A stretch of 64,000 nucleotides of DNA from Antedon mediterranea. Lineage: Eukaryota; Animalia; Echinodermata. Location of the stretch: contig NC_092679.1 in the NCBI RefSeq assembly GCF_964355755.1, positions 18,645,432 to 18,709,431 on the forward strand, read 5' to 3'. Below the pieces are notes generated by a model. It saw only the letters and a list, made by a program, of their open reading frames with translations. It was not told where the DNA came from and did no database searches. The translations under genes were made by a program, and so were the position numbers. Positions 25,178 to 37,780 of this stretch are shown piece after piece; positions within the stretch are counted from its first letter, which is position 1; every line of letters starts with the position of its first letter.

Positions 25178-26038
25178 GATTTACTATTGATTTACTTAAA
25201 GATGTATGAAAAATGAAGATTAATAAAAGCAGATTTACTATTGATTTACTTAAAGATGTATGAAAAATGAAGATTAATAAAAGCAGATTTACTATTGATT
25301 TACTTAAAGATGTATGAAAAATGAAGATTAATAAAAGCAGATTTACTATTGATTTACTTAAAGATGTATGAAAAATGAAGATTAATAAAAGCAGATTTAC
25401 TATTGATTTACTTAAAGATGTATGAAAAATGAAGATTAATAAAAGCAGATTTACTATTGATTTACTTAAAGATGTATGAAAAATGAAGATTAATAAAAGC
25501 AGATTTACTATTGATTTACTTAAAGATGTATGAAAAATGAAGATTAATAAAAGCAGATTTACTATTGATTTACTTAAAGATGTATGAAAATGAAGATTAA
25601 TAAAAGCAGATTTACTATTGATTTACTTAAAGATGTATGAAAAATGAAGATTAATAAAAGCAGATTTACTATTGATTTACTTAAAGATGTATGAAAATGA
25701 AGATTAATAAAAGCAGATTTACTATTGATTTACTTAAAGATGTATGAAAAATGAAGATTAATAAAAGCAGATTTACTATTGATTTACTTAAAGATGTATG
25801 AAAAATGAAGATTAATAAAAGCAGATTTACTATTGATTTACTTAAAGATGTATGAAAAATGAAGATTAATAAAAGCAGATTTACTATTGATTTACTTAAA
25901 GATGTATGAAAAATGAAGATTAATAAAAGCAGATTTACTATTGATTTACTTAAAGATGTATGAAAAATGAAGATTAGTAAAAGCAGATTTCATATTGATT
26001 TACTTAAAGATGTATGAAAATGAAGATTAATAAAAGCA
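25178..26038. repeat. 54-bp minisatellite, ~16 units
   Basis: 861 bp of the same unit, some units 53 bp. Confidence 0.95.
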
Positions 26039-26443
26039 GATTTTGATTAGGCCATTTGGAATTTTTATCAAGTTATTTACTTATGTAAAAAAAGAAAACC
26101 AACAAACATACTAATTTTACTTACAAAAAGACAAAATAAACGGTTAAATTTAACCAAAAACAGACAGAATGCTTTTTGCTTAAAATTACATTATTTTCAG
26201 GTATAATAATAATTTTAATTTTCGATCCAAAATTTGGGGAAAAATGAATATCTAAATGTGACATTAAAATTACATTACAATTATTTTTTCAGGGGTCAAA
26301 ATATCTTTAAATTTCCTACCTAAAGAAATAAATTTACAATGTTGGTACTAAGGCCAAAAACGAATTACGAATTCAGAGTAAGCCTATAGTTTACTATATT
26401 TAAACAGGTTAACAAACGATTATGCGTCACTCAGAAATCAACA

Positions 26444-27636
26444 TTAAATTTCGATCACATTATAATAATAGGCTTCCACTTGTTGTGATGTCACAGAACT
26501 ATTGTAAAATTGGACTTCGTCAATCAAGCCATAGAAATAACGTTCGATCTTTTTATGTGCTGTTCCAATAACGATTGGGTTAGGATTGATTGGTATAGGA
26601 CCAGAGCAACAGTAAGACTGACCAGAGCAACAGCCAGACTGACCAGGTTGTATTTGTGCATTGACATATACAGCTGCGTAAAAACCGTTATAGGTTAAAA
26701 CCACATGTCGCCACACTCCAAATTGAACCACAGGCTTATACTTAAATCTAGATTCACGTCGGGTAAAAAGTAATACTGTTAAATTAGGATCATTCATCAT
26801 ATGACCAAGTTTAATTTCAATTTCACCATCCTCATGGAAACCATTATTCAAAATAAACTGTTTACGATCACCTCTTTCGAAACTTTTATACCACAGACTA
26901 ACCGTAAATTCTAATCCAAAATCCAAGTTACAACAATGCTCTGGGAACCAGTGAAGTTGGCGGCTAGACCACTTACACCAGTTGTGTATGTTAAGTCTGT
27001 ACCATTAGATCTTCCATGGCGTTCATTGCCAGATGTATCTTTGACGTCACACTCAAATGCGTAATAAGCAAGTAAGTACTGGTTCTCTCCAACCAAGACA
27101 TTGTGTTGATGGGTGTCAGTTTGAGTACTAGACTCACCTTCCAGACAATTAGTTGACAATTCAAATTCCATTGTATGAACTTCATTTGATGTCACGACAT
27201 CATCATTCATCTCCGATTGTGTACTAGACTCGTTTTCCAGACCATTAGTTAAGGATTCCGTTAATACCATTGTATTACGACCGTCTTCATCTGATGTCAT
27301 ATTACCATTCATCTCGGATTGAGTACAAGAGTCATTTCCCAGACCATTAGTTGAGGATTCCGTTTCTATTATATTTGTATTATCAACTCCTTCATTTTGA
27401 TTCTCATTGAATCGGTTAGCCAAACCAAAGCCAATCAGTTGATATTTATTGCAAACATCATCCGTTTTAACATGGGAATATGTAATGCATTTTGATAGTG
27501 AAACCACTTTCAACATACATTTTTCCAGATCTGCCAATTTCACCAGTTTTTGGTTGTTTCCACAGTTTGTTTGATGTTTACCATTTACGTCAAAAATTTA
27601 AAGAACCACGATCAACGTTAACACGCTGTAATATAT
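26444..27636 (-). pseudogene. Subtype B LamG-like pseudogene, copy 7
   Basis: Start ATG>ATA at 27634-27636, stop in the signal peptide (~27599), and a ~13-nt frameshifting deletion at ~26930. Confidence 0.85.
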
Positions 27637-29062
27637 AATCTGATAAAACAAAATAAAACTGTATGTGAAAAGTAGCTGTTAATTCATATTAAAAAAAACA
27701 AACTTGGAAATACGAGTTAGTTATACAAAACAAGGATAGGAACTACAGTCATTTGATCTTATGTCTGGCTGCGACAAATACCAACAGTACTATAAATAAT
27801 CTCCGCGGCGCACGGTGTATGTCAGGGACGTGGAACTGATCGTATAACAAATGTAATAAAGGATCGATCAGTACAAACCAAGGACCAACTAGAAAACGCA
27901 ACAAATTCTTTTAAACTTTTGGATTAAGTTTAGATAAACATATACATTTACCAAATTTATGAAAATACGTTAACTTGTTGAGGCCTACTTTAAGTTCCAA
28001 ACTAACGTACCGTCCCTATCTTTTTTTATTTTTTGAAGAGAATTATGAAACTAACTTACAATTGTGTAGTTTGATCCAATTGACAATTTAAAGGATTTTT
28101 AATGACTTTAATATTGATCACTTCTGTAGATAATAACTACTCTTATGTTTTCTCAAAGCGTATAATATGGATATACATTTACATGGCCAAATGACAAACA
28201 AAAAGATTAACCACTAATGTGTAAAAATCAAAAATAAATCGAGCTTTAATTGGTTACATGAAATTGAAATAAGACTCGATTTTATTCGTGTCTAGGTAAA
28301 CTCAATGAGTGTCAAGTTTTAGATCCAACGTTGGCCACTCATCCGCCCAAACCTCCTCTAGAGTAAAACACTGCTAACCGACAATGGTGTGGTCACGTGG
28401 TGGAAAAAATGTGATTTTGATATATATGTATTTATAAGTACATGTGATTACCGGTGTTTGTCTTAAGAATGTAGAATAGTGTAAGAAATTTCAGTTATTT
28501 AACATTTTGATATTTACACATTTATTTTCATCAAGCAAGCAAAAATCAAAAGTAAGATTAAACATTTAGGAAAATACAAAACTGTATAACAATCTATTCT
28601 TCGCAATAACACACAACGTTTTCATCTAGTAAGCATAATCAATTGATTTCCAATAAATGCGATTTATTATTTCGTTTGGTGTATCACATCATTGGTAATA
28701 CCCAAAGAAATTGATTTACAATGATCTAAAATTTACCAAGCATTTTGATACAATACATAAAAACCCTTCTGAACAATAAACGCATCGAGGCGTTTATCCA
28801 AATAGAATACAGTATCTTCATTTTCATCTTAACACGATTTTCAATAAATGCGATTTCTTTTTTCTTTCAGACGTCACATTATTTCTAGTTCAGATATATA
28901 TCTATGTAAACCAGCTTCTTTTCTTAAATATTCTACTGAAAGCAATTAATTCACAATTACAGTGCTAAAACTACAGTATTTGACAAGCTAAATTAAAATT
29001 CTTAAAAATGTCTCCAAATTCTCAGCTAGCTATATTAGTTTATATGGTATTGTTGGACCATT

Positions 29063-29697
29063 TTATTTAATAATTTCAGTCGCGTTGTAATAGTAGGTTT
29101 CCACATACTGTGAAGCAACTGTAATATTGTAAAATTGGACTTCATCAATCAACCCATAAAAATAACGGCCATTGCTGCCATGTGCTGTTCCAATAACGAC
29201 TGGGTTAGAATTGATCGGTATAGGACCAGAGCAACAATCAGACTGACCAGATTGTATCTCTGCATTGACATAAAACGCTAGGCAACTTCCATTGTAGGTT
29301 AAAACCAAATGTCGCCACACTCCAAATTGAGTCACAGGAAAATATTTGAATCTAGAATTAGATCGGAATAAAGTAAAAAGTGATACAAATAAATTATTAG
29401 GACCAAGTTTGAATTCAAATTCACCATCGTCCCGGAAACCATTATTCAAAATAAACTGTTGGTTATCACCTCCTTCCAAACCTTTATACAATGCACAAAC
29501 TAATTGTAAATTCTGATCCAAAATCAAAATTACTAAACTCGTCAACAACAACTCTCTGAGAGCCGGTGAAGTTGGCGGCTAATCCACTTACACCAGTTGT
29601 GTATGTGAAGTCTGTACCATTAGATCTTCATGGCGTTCATTGCCAGATGTATCATTTACGTCACCCTCAAATGCGTAATAAGCAAGTAAATAGTCGT
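29063..29697 (-). pseudogene. Chimeric LamG-like pseudogene, copy 8, 3' part (A-type domain joined to C-type)
   Basis: A-type LamG C-terminus with frameshifts near 29490 and 29628; the 5' side matches C-type 43860-43938; cut by a TE at 29698. Confidence 0.8.
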
Positions 29698-31238
29698 TAT
29701 TGTCCCTTGGAACACAAAAAAATTAAGGTCAAAATACTCTAAATTTAAATTGGCCATATCAAAGTAATATTAAAGTTATTCACCTTAAAGGAAAGGAACA
29801 ACCTAATATTTTACCTAACTATTATAAAAGTAACCCTACCAACTTAATATTCAGAACAATTTATGTTTAAATCGGATTTGTAGTTTTCTAGTAAACAGGA
29901 TTTTAAAGCTGTTTTCAAGACATTTGAAAATCGCCATCTTGTGCTCATGGCAGCCTGTTTGTGACGTCAGATACGGCCGACGAAAATTTTAAGATTCGCG
30001 GTTGCATTCGGCGCTTCTATTGGATAAGCGAATCCGCTAATATGATTGGCTAATAACGCGACATGCGGTCATGCAGGACGGCGATGACGCGGTATGAGCA
30101 TGCGCTGGCTTGGTAAACAAACCTTCGCTCGATCTTTTCTTCTGCAAGCCAATTCGTAAATCTTTCAGCTATTATTAATCTATTGTTACTTTTATTGCCT
30201 AGCTGTTTCAAACGGGATTTGGTAGGGGAATTAACTGGCAAACCTTCCAAACGAAGGCTGTTGGTTGACGATGCAGTGTCTACTTTATTTTCGTTCAACA
30301 CGAGTTCTAGGCCTAGTAAGGCATACAGTACAGATACACTGGCCGAAAGTACACCATTCTTCGACGGCTTGTTATGCTCGAGAATGTTCTTCTTCTCTTC
30401 TTTTTTCCTCATCTGCACAACGCAAAACTAACTCTCTTTCTGTATATTCTGGTTCCAAATTTTCTGAATTATAAAAACTCCAAGCCATATTCCGAATTAT
30501 TAGGTATGTTAGGCTATTTAATTGATTTTATTTATGGTTATATCCCGCACTTCCATATTGAAATACTGTACTAAGACGATGGACGCTTGGATTTGCTTGA
30601 ATGCGTCCACCTAATCTGACGTCACATATTTGCTCTTAACCTGTCAAAATGGCGCTGTTCAATTTCCGATATGTTGTCGTTTAAAAGTCTATTTTTTAAC
30701 TAAATTGCTTACTATTGTACCTTGAACCATTGTAATCATGTTTTTATTACATTTATCTATAAGCACAGTGGCACATTTAGCCCAGGGTGTTCCTTTCCTT
30801 TAAGTCGAAAATTCGAGCCATTTTTACGTAATTAACAGCTAAATTAAATTGATTACATTTCGTCTGGATAATCGTCCCGAGCGAGAGTAAACAAAGATTT
30901 CAAACCATGAATATACATTATGCATGATGCTAATTAGGATTGTTTACAACTCGTCACGGATGAGAAAGTGTTCTCACACAGATCGCGAGGAAGTTTTATG
31001 ATTATGCATACAGGGTAGCCAAATAAGCACGTTGCATTATGAGATATGTTTTGATAGAAAACTTTGACTGGAAGTCAAAGTTATTTTTTGAACCAAAAAA
31101 CGTCTGTATTTCAGTTAAATGATTTTTTTTTCGACTCATTTTTGTTGAAAATTAATAACTATTATGATACTTCAAAATTACCCACTTTTTTTCGAAATCT
31201 TTTTTTTTTTTGGAATTTGACAAAGGGACAATACATCT
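29698..31238. mobile_element. TTAA-type non-autonomous DNA transposon (Kolobok-like), left tip eroded
   Basis: Inverted ends tattgtccctt / aagggacaata(catct)TTAA; absent from the paralogous site 43931-43946 (tagtcgTTAAacattg). Confidence 0.7.
29789..30799. mobile_element. Nested Kolobok-like element (1011 bp) with decayed KolX-like coding relic
   Basis: TTAA|aggaaaggaacaacct ... agggtgttcctttcct|TTAA, with inverted subterminal gtgacgtca and cgccat motifs. Minus frame ~30465-30335 reads LEPEYTERELV..EEWCTFGQC. Confidence 0.8.
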
Positions 31239-31242
31239 TTAA

Positions 31243-31700
31243 ACATTGACTAATAGACACATTTTCTAGACCATTAGTTGCGGATTTAGTTTCCATTGTA
31301 CTGCCACCTTCATCTGGAGGATCCCGTTACCACCATTGTATTACGACCATCTTCATCTGACGTCATGTCAGTATCATTCATCTCGGATTGAGTACTAGAC
31401 TCATTTTCCAGACCATTAGTTGAGGATTCCGTTACCGCCATTGTATTACGACCATCTTCATCTGACGTCATGTCAGTATCATCCATCACGGTTTGAGTAA
31501 TAGACTCATTTTCCAGTTTATTAGTTGAGGATTCCGTTACCATGATAGGCCTATTTGTATTATCAGCACAATCATCTGATTTTATGGGCCAAGTACGGAG
31601 CAACAAACTGATATTCATTGGAAAAATTAAAATTAACACTGGGATAGCAAATGCATTTTGTACTAAAGATCAACATACATTTATCGCGACCAGCCATTTT
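31243..31700 (-). pseudogene. C-type pseudogene, 5' part of copy 8 (acidic repeats, no signal peptide)
   Basis: ORF 31310-31639 has TESST..ENES..TSDEDGRNTM repeats; N-terminus truncated; duplicate at 43941-44398. Confidence 0.75.
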
Positions 31701-31744
31701 AACCCGAAAAAGAACTTAATGGGCGGAAAACGCGGCCTTGTTAC

Positions 31745-32725
31745 TTATGGTATCCGAGTAATATTATAGTAGTAGGCTTCTACTTGTTGTGACGACACAG
31801 AACTATTGTAAAACTGGACTTCATCAATCAAGCCATAAAAATAACGTTCGTTGTTGCCATGTGCTGTTCCAATAACGACTGGGTTAGAATTGATCGGTAT
31901 AGGACCAGAGCAACAATCAGACTGACCAGATTGTATCTCTGCATTGACATAAAACGCTAGGCAACTTCCATTGTAGGTTAAAACCAAATGTCGCCACACT
32001 CCAAATTGAACCACAGAAAGATATTTGAATCTAGATTTGATTAAAGTAAAAAGTGATACCAATAAAGTATCAGTACCTAGTTTAAATTCAAATTCACCAT
32101 CTTCCCGGAAACCATTATTCAAAATGAACTGTTGGTTATCACCTCCTTCCAAACGTTTATACCACAGACTAACCGTAAATTCTGATCCAAAATCAAAGTT
32201 ACTGAACTCATCAACAACAATGCTCTGAGAGCCAGTGAAGTTGGCGGCTAGACCACTTACACCAGTTGTGTATGTTAAGTCTGTACCATTAGATCTTCCA
32301 TGGCGTCCAATGCCAGATGTATCATTTACGTCACTCTCAAACGCGTAATAAGCAAGTAAATACTGGTTCTCTTCAACCAAGACATTGTCATGGTTGCCAG
32401 TTTGCGTACTGGAACCACCTTCCAGACCATTAGTTGACGATTCTGTTACCATTGTATTCTGACCATTTTCATCTGACGTCACAAAATCAGTAAGTTGATT
32501 TTTATTGAATTCTTGAGCCAAATAAGGAGCATTCACTTTCCCTTTTAGTGACTTAAATCTAAAACTGTGATACCAAATCCATTTTGAAACTACTTTCAAA
32601 ATACATTCCTCCCGATCAGCCAATTTCACCAGTTTCTGGTCGTTTCCACATTTTATTTCATGTTGTATACCATTTACGAGATGTATTTTCAGAACCACGA
32701 TCAACGTTAACACGCTGCAATACAT
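31745..32725 (-). CDS. Secreted LamG-like protein, subtype D, copy 9 (326 aa, shortest stalk)
   Basis: Intact ORF with signal peptide, about one acidic repeat, and the LamG domain. Confidence 0.85.
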   Translation of the reverse strand: MYCSVLTLIVVLKIHLVNGIQHEIKCGNDQKLVKLADREECILKVVSKWIWYHSFRFKSLKGKVNAPYLAQEFNKNQLTDFVTSDENGQNTMVTESSTNGLEGGSSTQTGNHDNVLVEENQYLLAYYAFESDVNDTSGIGRHGRSNGTDLTYTTGVSGLAANFTGSQSIVVDEFSNFDFGSEFTVSLWYKRLEGGDNQQFILNNGFREDGEFEFKLGTDTLLVSLFTLIKSRFKYLSVVQFGVWRHLVLTYNGSCLAFYVNAEIQSGQSDCCSGPIPINSNPVVIGTAHGNNERYFYGLIDEVQFYNSSVSSQQVEAYYYNITRIP

Positions 32726-32929
32726 AATCTAATGAAAAGAATAGTACAGCATAATATGTGGGGTTTTTTCTGAGATAAATTTTAAATACAATGTTTTGAC
32801 TGACTATAGGCCTATTAATAATCACTGCACAAATTAATTTTAAAAAATAAATTAAACAATTCGGCCGGATTACCTAGAATTTATCAATTAAATAAAAGTC
32901 ATAAGGGTATCTACATTTTAATGCAACAC

Positions 32930-33057
32930 AAGCACGTAAGGGCAACGCAACTGATTTTACCAATCACAAGAGATTGATTATTCAAACTGTTGCTAGTCAT
33001 TGGTAAACTCACTTGCGTTGCGTTTACGCTCTTGCGTTCTAGTGGGAAGAAAACTTA
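32930..33057. repeat. Imperfect palindromic MITE remnant (duplicate at 45630-45757)
   Basis: cgtaa..gcaacgcaa..accaat ... attggt..ttgcgttgc..ttacg arms, ending ctagtgggaa; left end missing. Confidence 0.5.
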
Positions 33058-34011
33058 AATAAAAGACTAACTGGCAAATCAACAGAGCTAAAAGAAAATC
33101 ATAAAATATTGTTACCTTCTCAACATGAACCAGCTTCTAAAATCGATCGAAATACTTGATTATGTTGTAAAAGTATTTCACGCCTTGCATTTAGTCAGTT
33201 AAACTTCTTACAGCATTTGTTTTTATTGTAAACATTTTGTGAAAAAATTACAAATACTGTAGTATACTACGTATAAACAGGCCTAAGTGATTTATTTTGA
33301 CTGTATATTCAATCTTTAATACTGAATTCTTTCATTTCATCTCGTTCTGTTCCCTCAAAAATTAAACTGATACACATTTACATGACAAATATGAAAACAC
33401 AATGGATGGTAAACTATATAATTAGTGTGATGCTACTGCTTCTGTGCTAAATTAAATCAGTGGAGTTAATTGGTTAAAAGGCGTATTTAATATCTTTCGA
33501 TTTCGGCTTGGTTTCCATTTTAATTGCTACGTGTAGCCAACGAAATCTGGAGAAAATATCAGGAGCGCTAAGCGATTCGTCAAAGAACGTTCCGAACTTA
33601 ACGATTTGTCTGCAATGACTCCAATTGTAATAGAGGACCAATAATACACACCAAGTTTAATAAACATCACCAGAAATCTCTGTCTCAATACATTTATACA
33701 CTTTATAATTAAACCCATTTTCTGACAGAATACTTTTTACTTTAAATTACAGTTATTTTCAGGTAAACAATAATAATAATAATTTTATTTTTCGATCCCA
33801 TTTTTTTTGGGAAAAGTGAATATCTAAATGCGACATTAAAATTACATTACAATTATTTGTTCAGGGGTCAAAATATCTTTAAATTGCCTATACCTAAAGA
33901 AATAAATTTACAATGTTGGTACAAAGGCCAAAAACGAATTATTTATATGTGAATTCAGTAGAATAGGCCTATAGTTTAGTATATTTTAACAGGTTAACTC
34001 AGAAATCAACA

Positions 34012-35400
34012 TTAAATTTCAACCACATTATAATAATAGGCTTCCACTTGTTGCGACGACACAGAACTATTGTAAAATTGAACTTCGTCAATCAAGCCAT
34101 AGAAATAACGATCGTTCCTGCCATATGCTGTTCCAATAATGAATGGGTTAGGATTTATCGGTATAGAACCAGAGCAACAGTCAGACTGACCAGATTGCGT
34201 TTCTGCATTGACATAAAACGCTAGGTAACTGCCGTTATAGGTTAAAACCATATGTCGCCACGCTCCAAATTGAACCACAGGCACATATTTAAAGTTACTT
34301 TCCAATCGGGTAAAAATTGATACACATAAAATATTACTTTTTGAAAGTTTAAGTTCAAATTCACCATCCACACGGTAACCATTATTCAAGATATACTGTT
34401 TGTCATCGCCTCCTTCCAAACGTTTAAACCACAAACTAACCGTAAATTCTGATCCAAAATCAAAGTTACTGAACTCATCAACAACAATGCTCTGAGAACC
34501 AGTGAAGTTGGCGGCTAAACCACTTATACCAGTTGTGTATGTTAAGTCTGTACCATAAGACCTTCCATGGCGTTCATTGTCAGATGTATCATTTATGTCA
34601 CTCTCGAATGCGTAATAAGCAAGTAAATACTGGTTTTCTCCAACCAAGACACTGTCAGTAGTTAAACATTGACTAGTAGACTCATTTTCCTGACCATTAG
34701 TTGCGGATTCCGTTTCCATTGTACTGCCAACTTCACCTGACGTCATGACAGTATCATTCATCTCGGATTGAGTACTAGACTCATTTTCCAGTTCATTAGT
34801 TGATGATCCCGTTACCACCATTGTATTACGACCATCTTCATCTGATGTCATATTATCATCCATCTCGGATTGAGTACTAGACTCATTTTCCAGACCATTA
34901 GTTGATGATCCCGCTACCACCAATGTATTACGACCATCTTCATCTGATGTCATATTATCATCCATCTCGGATTGAGTACTAGACTCATTTTCCAGACCAT
35001 TAGTTGAGGATTCTGTTACCACCAATGTATTACGACCATCTTCATCTGATGTCATATTATCATCCATCTCGCTTTGAGTACTAGACTCATTTTCCAGACC
35101 ACTAGTTGAGGATTCCGTTTCTATTCTATTTGTATTATCAACTCCTTCATTTTGATTCTCATTGAATCGGTTAGCCAAACCAAAGCCAATCAGTTGATAT
35201 TTATTGCAAACATCATCATCCCTTTTAAATTTAACATGGGAATATGTAATGCATTTTGAAAGTGAAACCACCTCCAACATACATTTCTCTAGACCATCCA
35301 ATTTCACCAGTTTTTGGTTGTTTCCACATTTTGTTTGACGTTTACCATTTACGTCAAAAATTGCAAGAACCACGATCAACGTTAACACGCTGTAATACAT
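34012..35400 (-). CDS. Secreted LamG-like protein, subtype E, copy 10 (462 aa, longest stalk)
   Basis: Intact ORF with about five ~34-aa acidic repeats and loops YRVDG..LSKSNILCVSIF and YGRNDR. Confidence 0.85.
   Translation of the reverse strand: MYYSVLTLIVVLAIFDVNGKRQTKCGNNQKLVKLDGLEKCMLEVVSLSKCITYSHVKFKRDDDVCNKYQLIGFGLANRFNENQNEGVDNTNRIETESSTSGLENESSTQSEMDDNMTSDEDGRNTLVVTESSTNGLENESSTQSEMDDNMTSDEDGRNTLVVAGSSTNGLENESSTQSEMDDNMTSDEDGRNTMVVTGSSTNELENESSTQSEMNDTVMTSGEVGSTMETESATNGQENESTSQCLTTDSVLVGENQYLLAYYAFESDINDTSDNERHGRSYGTDLTYTTGISGLAANFTGSQSIVVDEFSNFDFGSEFTVSLWFKRLEGGDDKQYILNNGYRVDGEFELKLSKSNILCVSIFTRLESNFKYVPVVQFGAWRHMVLTYNGSYLAFYVNAETQSGQSDCCSGSIPINPNPFIIGTAYGRNDRYFYGLIDEVQFYNSSVSSQQVEAYYYNVVEI
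34680..35120 (-). repeat. Coding 102-bp (34-aa) tandem repeat
   Basis: TESSTNGLENESSTQSEMDDNMTSDEDGRNTLVV-type units; copy 12 is exactly 68 aa (two units) shorter. Confidence 0.9.
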
Positions 35401-36097
35401 AATCTGATAAACAAAAGAATACTGTATGTGAAAACTAGCGGTTAATTTGTATTAAAAATAACTGAACAAAACAAACTTAGAATTACGATAATCCAACAGA
35501 AGACTTTCTGAATGTATTAACTTATAATACTGTCACCACTACACGAATACACGGGAAAATGATTACAGTACTTGTTTGCATACTCATCATTTTATATTGA
35601 TCAATCTCATTTTATAACTAATCATTCTCTAAAAAAAAAAGTAAAACCGATATACATTTACATGACAATGCCAGACTACAAAAAGATGATCAACTAGAAT
35701 TGTGCCAGATTAAAAGTCAATATGAATTAAAGGCAGTTTTCTCTTTTTAATCAATATGCAATTTATGACTTTATTTATATACAATAGACGTACCACAGTA
35801 TCAATGTGTAAACCAGTATTTTAGATATTAGTTTTACTGTGAAATTATAAATGTACGAATTGCTCCTTTATATTGCATTTGAAACATTTTACTGAATAAT
35901 TTTATATATTTTATTATATTTTTGAAAATAAATTAATATGGATTTGACAAATCTTACAAAATTAAGTTTCTTAAGGTAATGTTTAAATATACAATGAAGA
36001 TGTCGTTTGAAGGAAACCAAATTTTTGAGTATTTAAAGTTCAAATTATTCATACATCAGCATTCGTGTGCTTCTTGTGAGCGGTAAACAACGGTGCT

Positions 36098-37172
36098 TTA
36101 TTGTTCAGTGATGTTGTAATAGTAGGTTTCTACGTTTTTTGACGACACAAAACTATTATAAAATTTGATTTCATCAATCAAGCCATAGAAATAACGTTCG
36201 TTGCTGCCTTGTGCTGTTCCAATAACGACTGGGTTAGGATTGATCGGTATAGGACCAGAGCAACAATCAGACTGACCAGCTTGTATCTCTGCATTGACAT
36301 AAAACGCTAGGCAACTTCCATTGTAGGTTAAAACCAAAATGTCGTCACACTCCAAATTGAACCACATGAACATACTTGAATCTAGATCGGAATACAGTAA
36401 AAAGTGATACCAATAAATTATTAGGACCTAGTTTGAATTCAAATTCACCATCTTCCCGGAAACCATTATTCACAATATACTGTTTGTCATCACCTCCTTC
36501 CAAACGTTTATACCACAAACTAACCGTAAATTCTGATCCAAAATCAAAGTTACTGAACTCATCAACAACAATGCTCTGAGAACCAGTGAAGTTGGCGGCT
36601 AAACCACTTACACCAGTTGTGTATGTTAAGTCTGTACCATTAGATCTTCCATGGCGTTCATTGCCAGATGTATCTTTGACGTCACACTCAAACGCGTAAT
36701 AAGAAAGTAAATACTGGTTCTCTCCAACCAAGAGACTGTCATGGTTGCCAGTTTGCGTACTGGACTTAGTTTCCAGACAATGAGTTGACAATTCAAATTC
36801 CATTGTATGATCTTCACCTGATGTCACGACATCATCATCCATCTCGAATTGTGTACTAGACTCATTTTCCAGTCCATTAGTTGAGGATTCCATACTTTGA
36901 AATTCTTCATCTGACGTCATGACACTATTTTGTTGATTCTCATTAAATTGGTAAGGAGCAACTAGTTTATATTCGTTGCAAACATCATCCACACTCTTTT
37001 TAAGAAACATACATTTAACATTGGAAAACCTAATGCATGTTTAAAGTGAAACTACCTCCAACATACATTTCTCTCGATCAGCCAATTTCACTAGTTTTTG
37101 GTCGCTTGTACATTTACCATTTACGGCAAATATTCCAAGAGCTATGATCAGCGTTGACAAACTGCAATACAT
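36098..37172 (-). pseudogene. Subtype F LamG-like pseudogene, copy 11
   Basis: ATG at 37172, in-frame TAA at ~37041-37043, and a +1 frameshift at ~36337 (WRH region). Confidence 0.85.
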
Positions 37173-37780
37173 AATCTAATGAAACAAAGAATAAATACGC
37201 GGTGGTGTTCAGTGAAATATTTTTTAAAAATAAACTTGTAAATAATAATAAATGAACAAAACTAAGTTCTGCATTGACAAAATGTATATAAAAAAAAATC
37301 AGTTTTAAAATAATAATAGTTGAGAGGCTATCCACATTGAAATATTTAAAGATAATGAAGAACGGTGCGTTTAAACCAAGGACCAACTGGAAAATCTAAC
37401 AAATGCTTTAGAAATATTATTTATGAAGTTCAGATAAACAGATAAATTACCAAATTTATGAAAATACGATAACTTGTTGAGGCCTACTTTAAATTAAATC
37501 TTAACTAACGTTTTCAATAGCTAAACTAACAAGTACATGTCTGTTTTACTTTGTTGAAAGAATGATGGAACTAACTTACAAATGTGTACTTTGATACCAA
37601 CTGACGCATTAAATGACCACTACTGGCTACTCTATCTTTATTATTGATCACTTTCGTAGGTAATAACTCATTTTGTTTTCTCAATGAGTATACTGATATA
37701 CGTTTAAAAACAAATAAAAAGATCATTAACCACTATTGTGTAAAAATAAAAAGTAAATCGAGCTTTAATTGGTTACAGAC

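Larger units (their letters stand above)
22121..25500. repeat. Near-perfect segmental duplicate of positions 1-3380 (offset 22120)
   Basis: All ORFs have identical proteins at +22120; by eye only one substitution (2963 g vs 25083 a) before the minisatellite, whose length differs. Confidence 0.9.

Noticed and set aside
3058-26038. 54-bp repeats as CRISPR arrays
   Set aside because: Units are contiguous with no unique spacers, there are no cas genes, and the context is eukaryotic.
30050-30574. ORFs 30050-30418, 30183-30431, 30265-30474 and 30374-30574 as genes
   Set aside because: They lie inside a non-autonomous transposon; the only recognisable motif is in a different, stop-interrupted frame.
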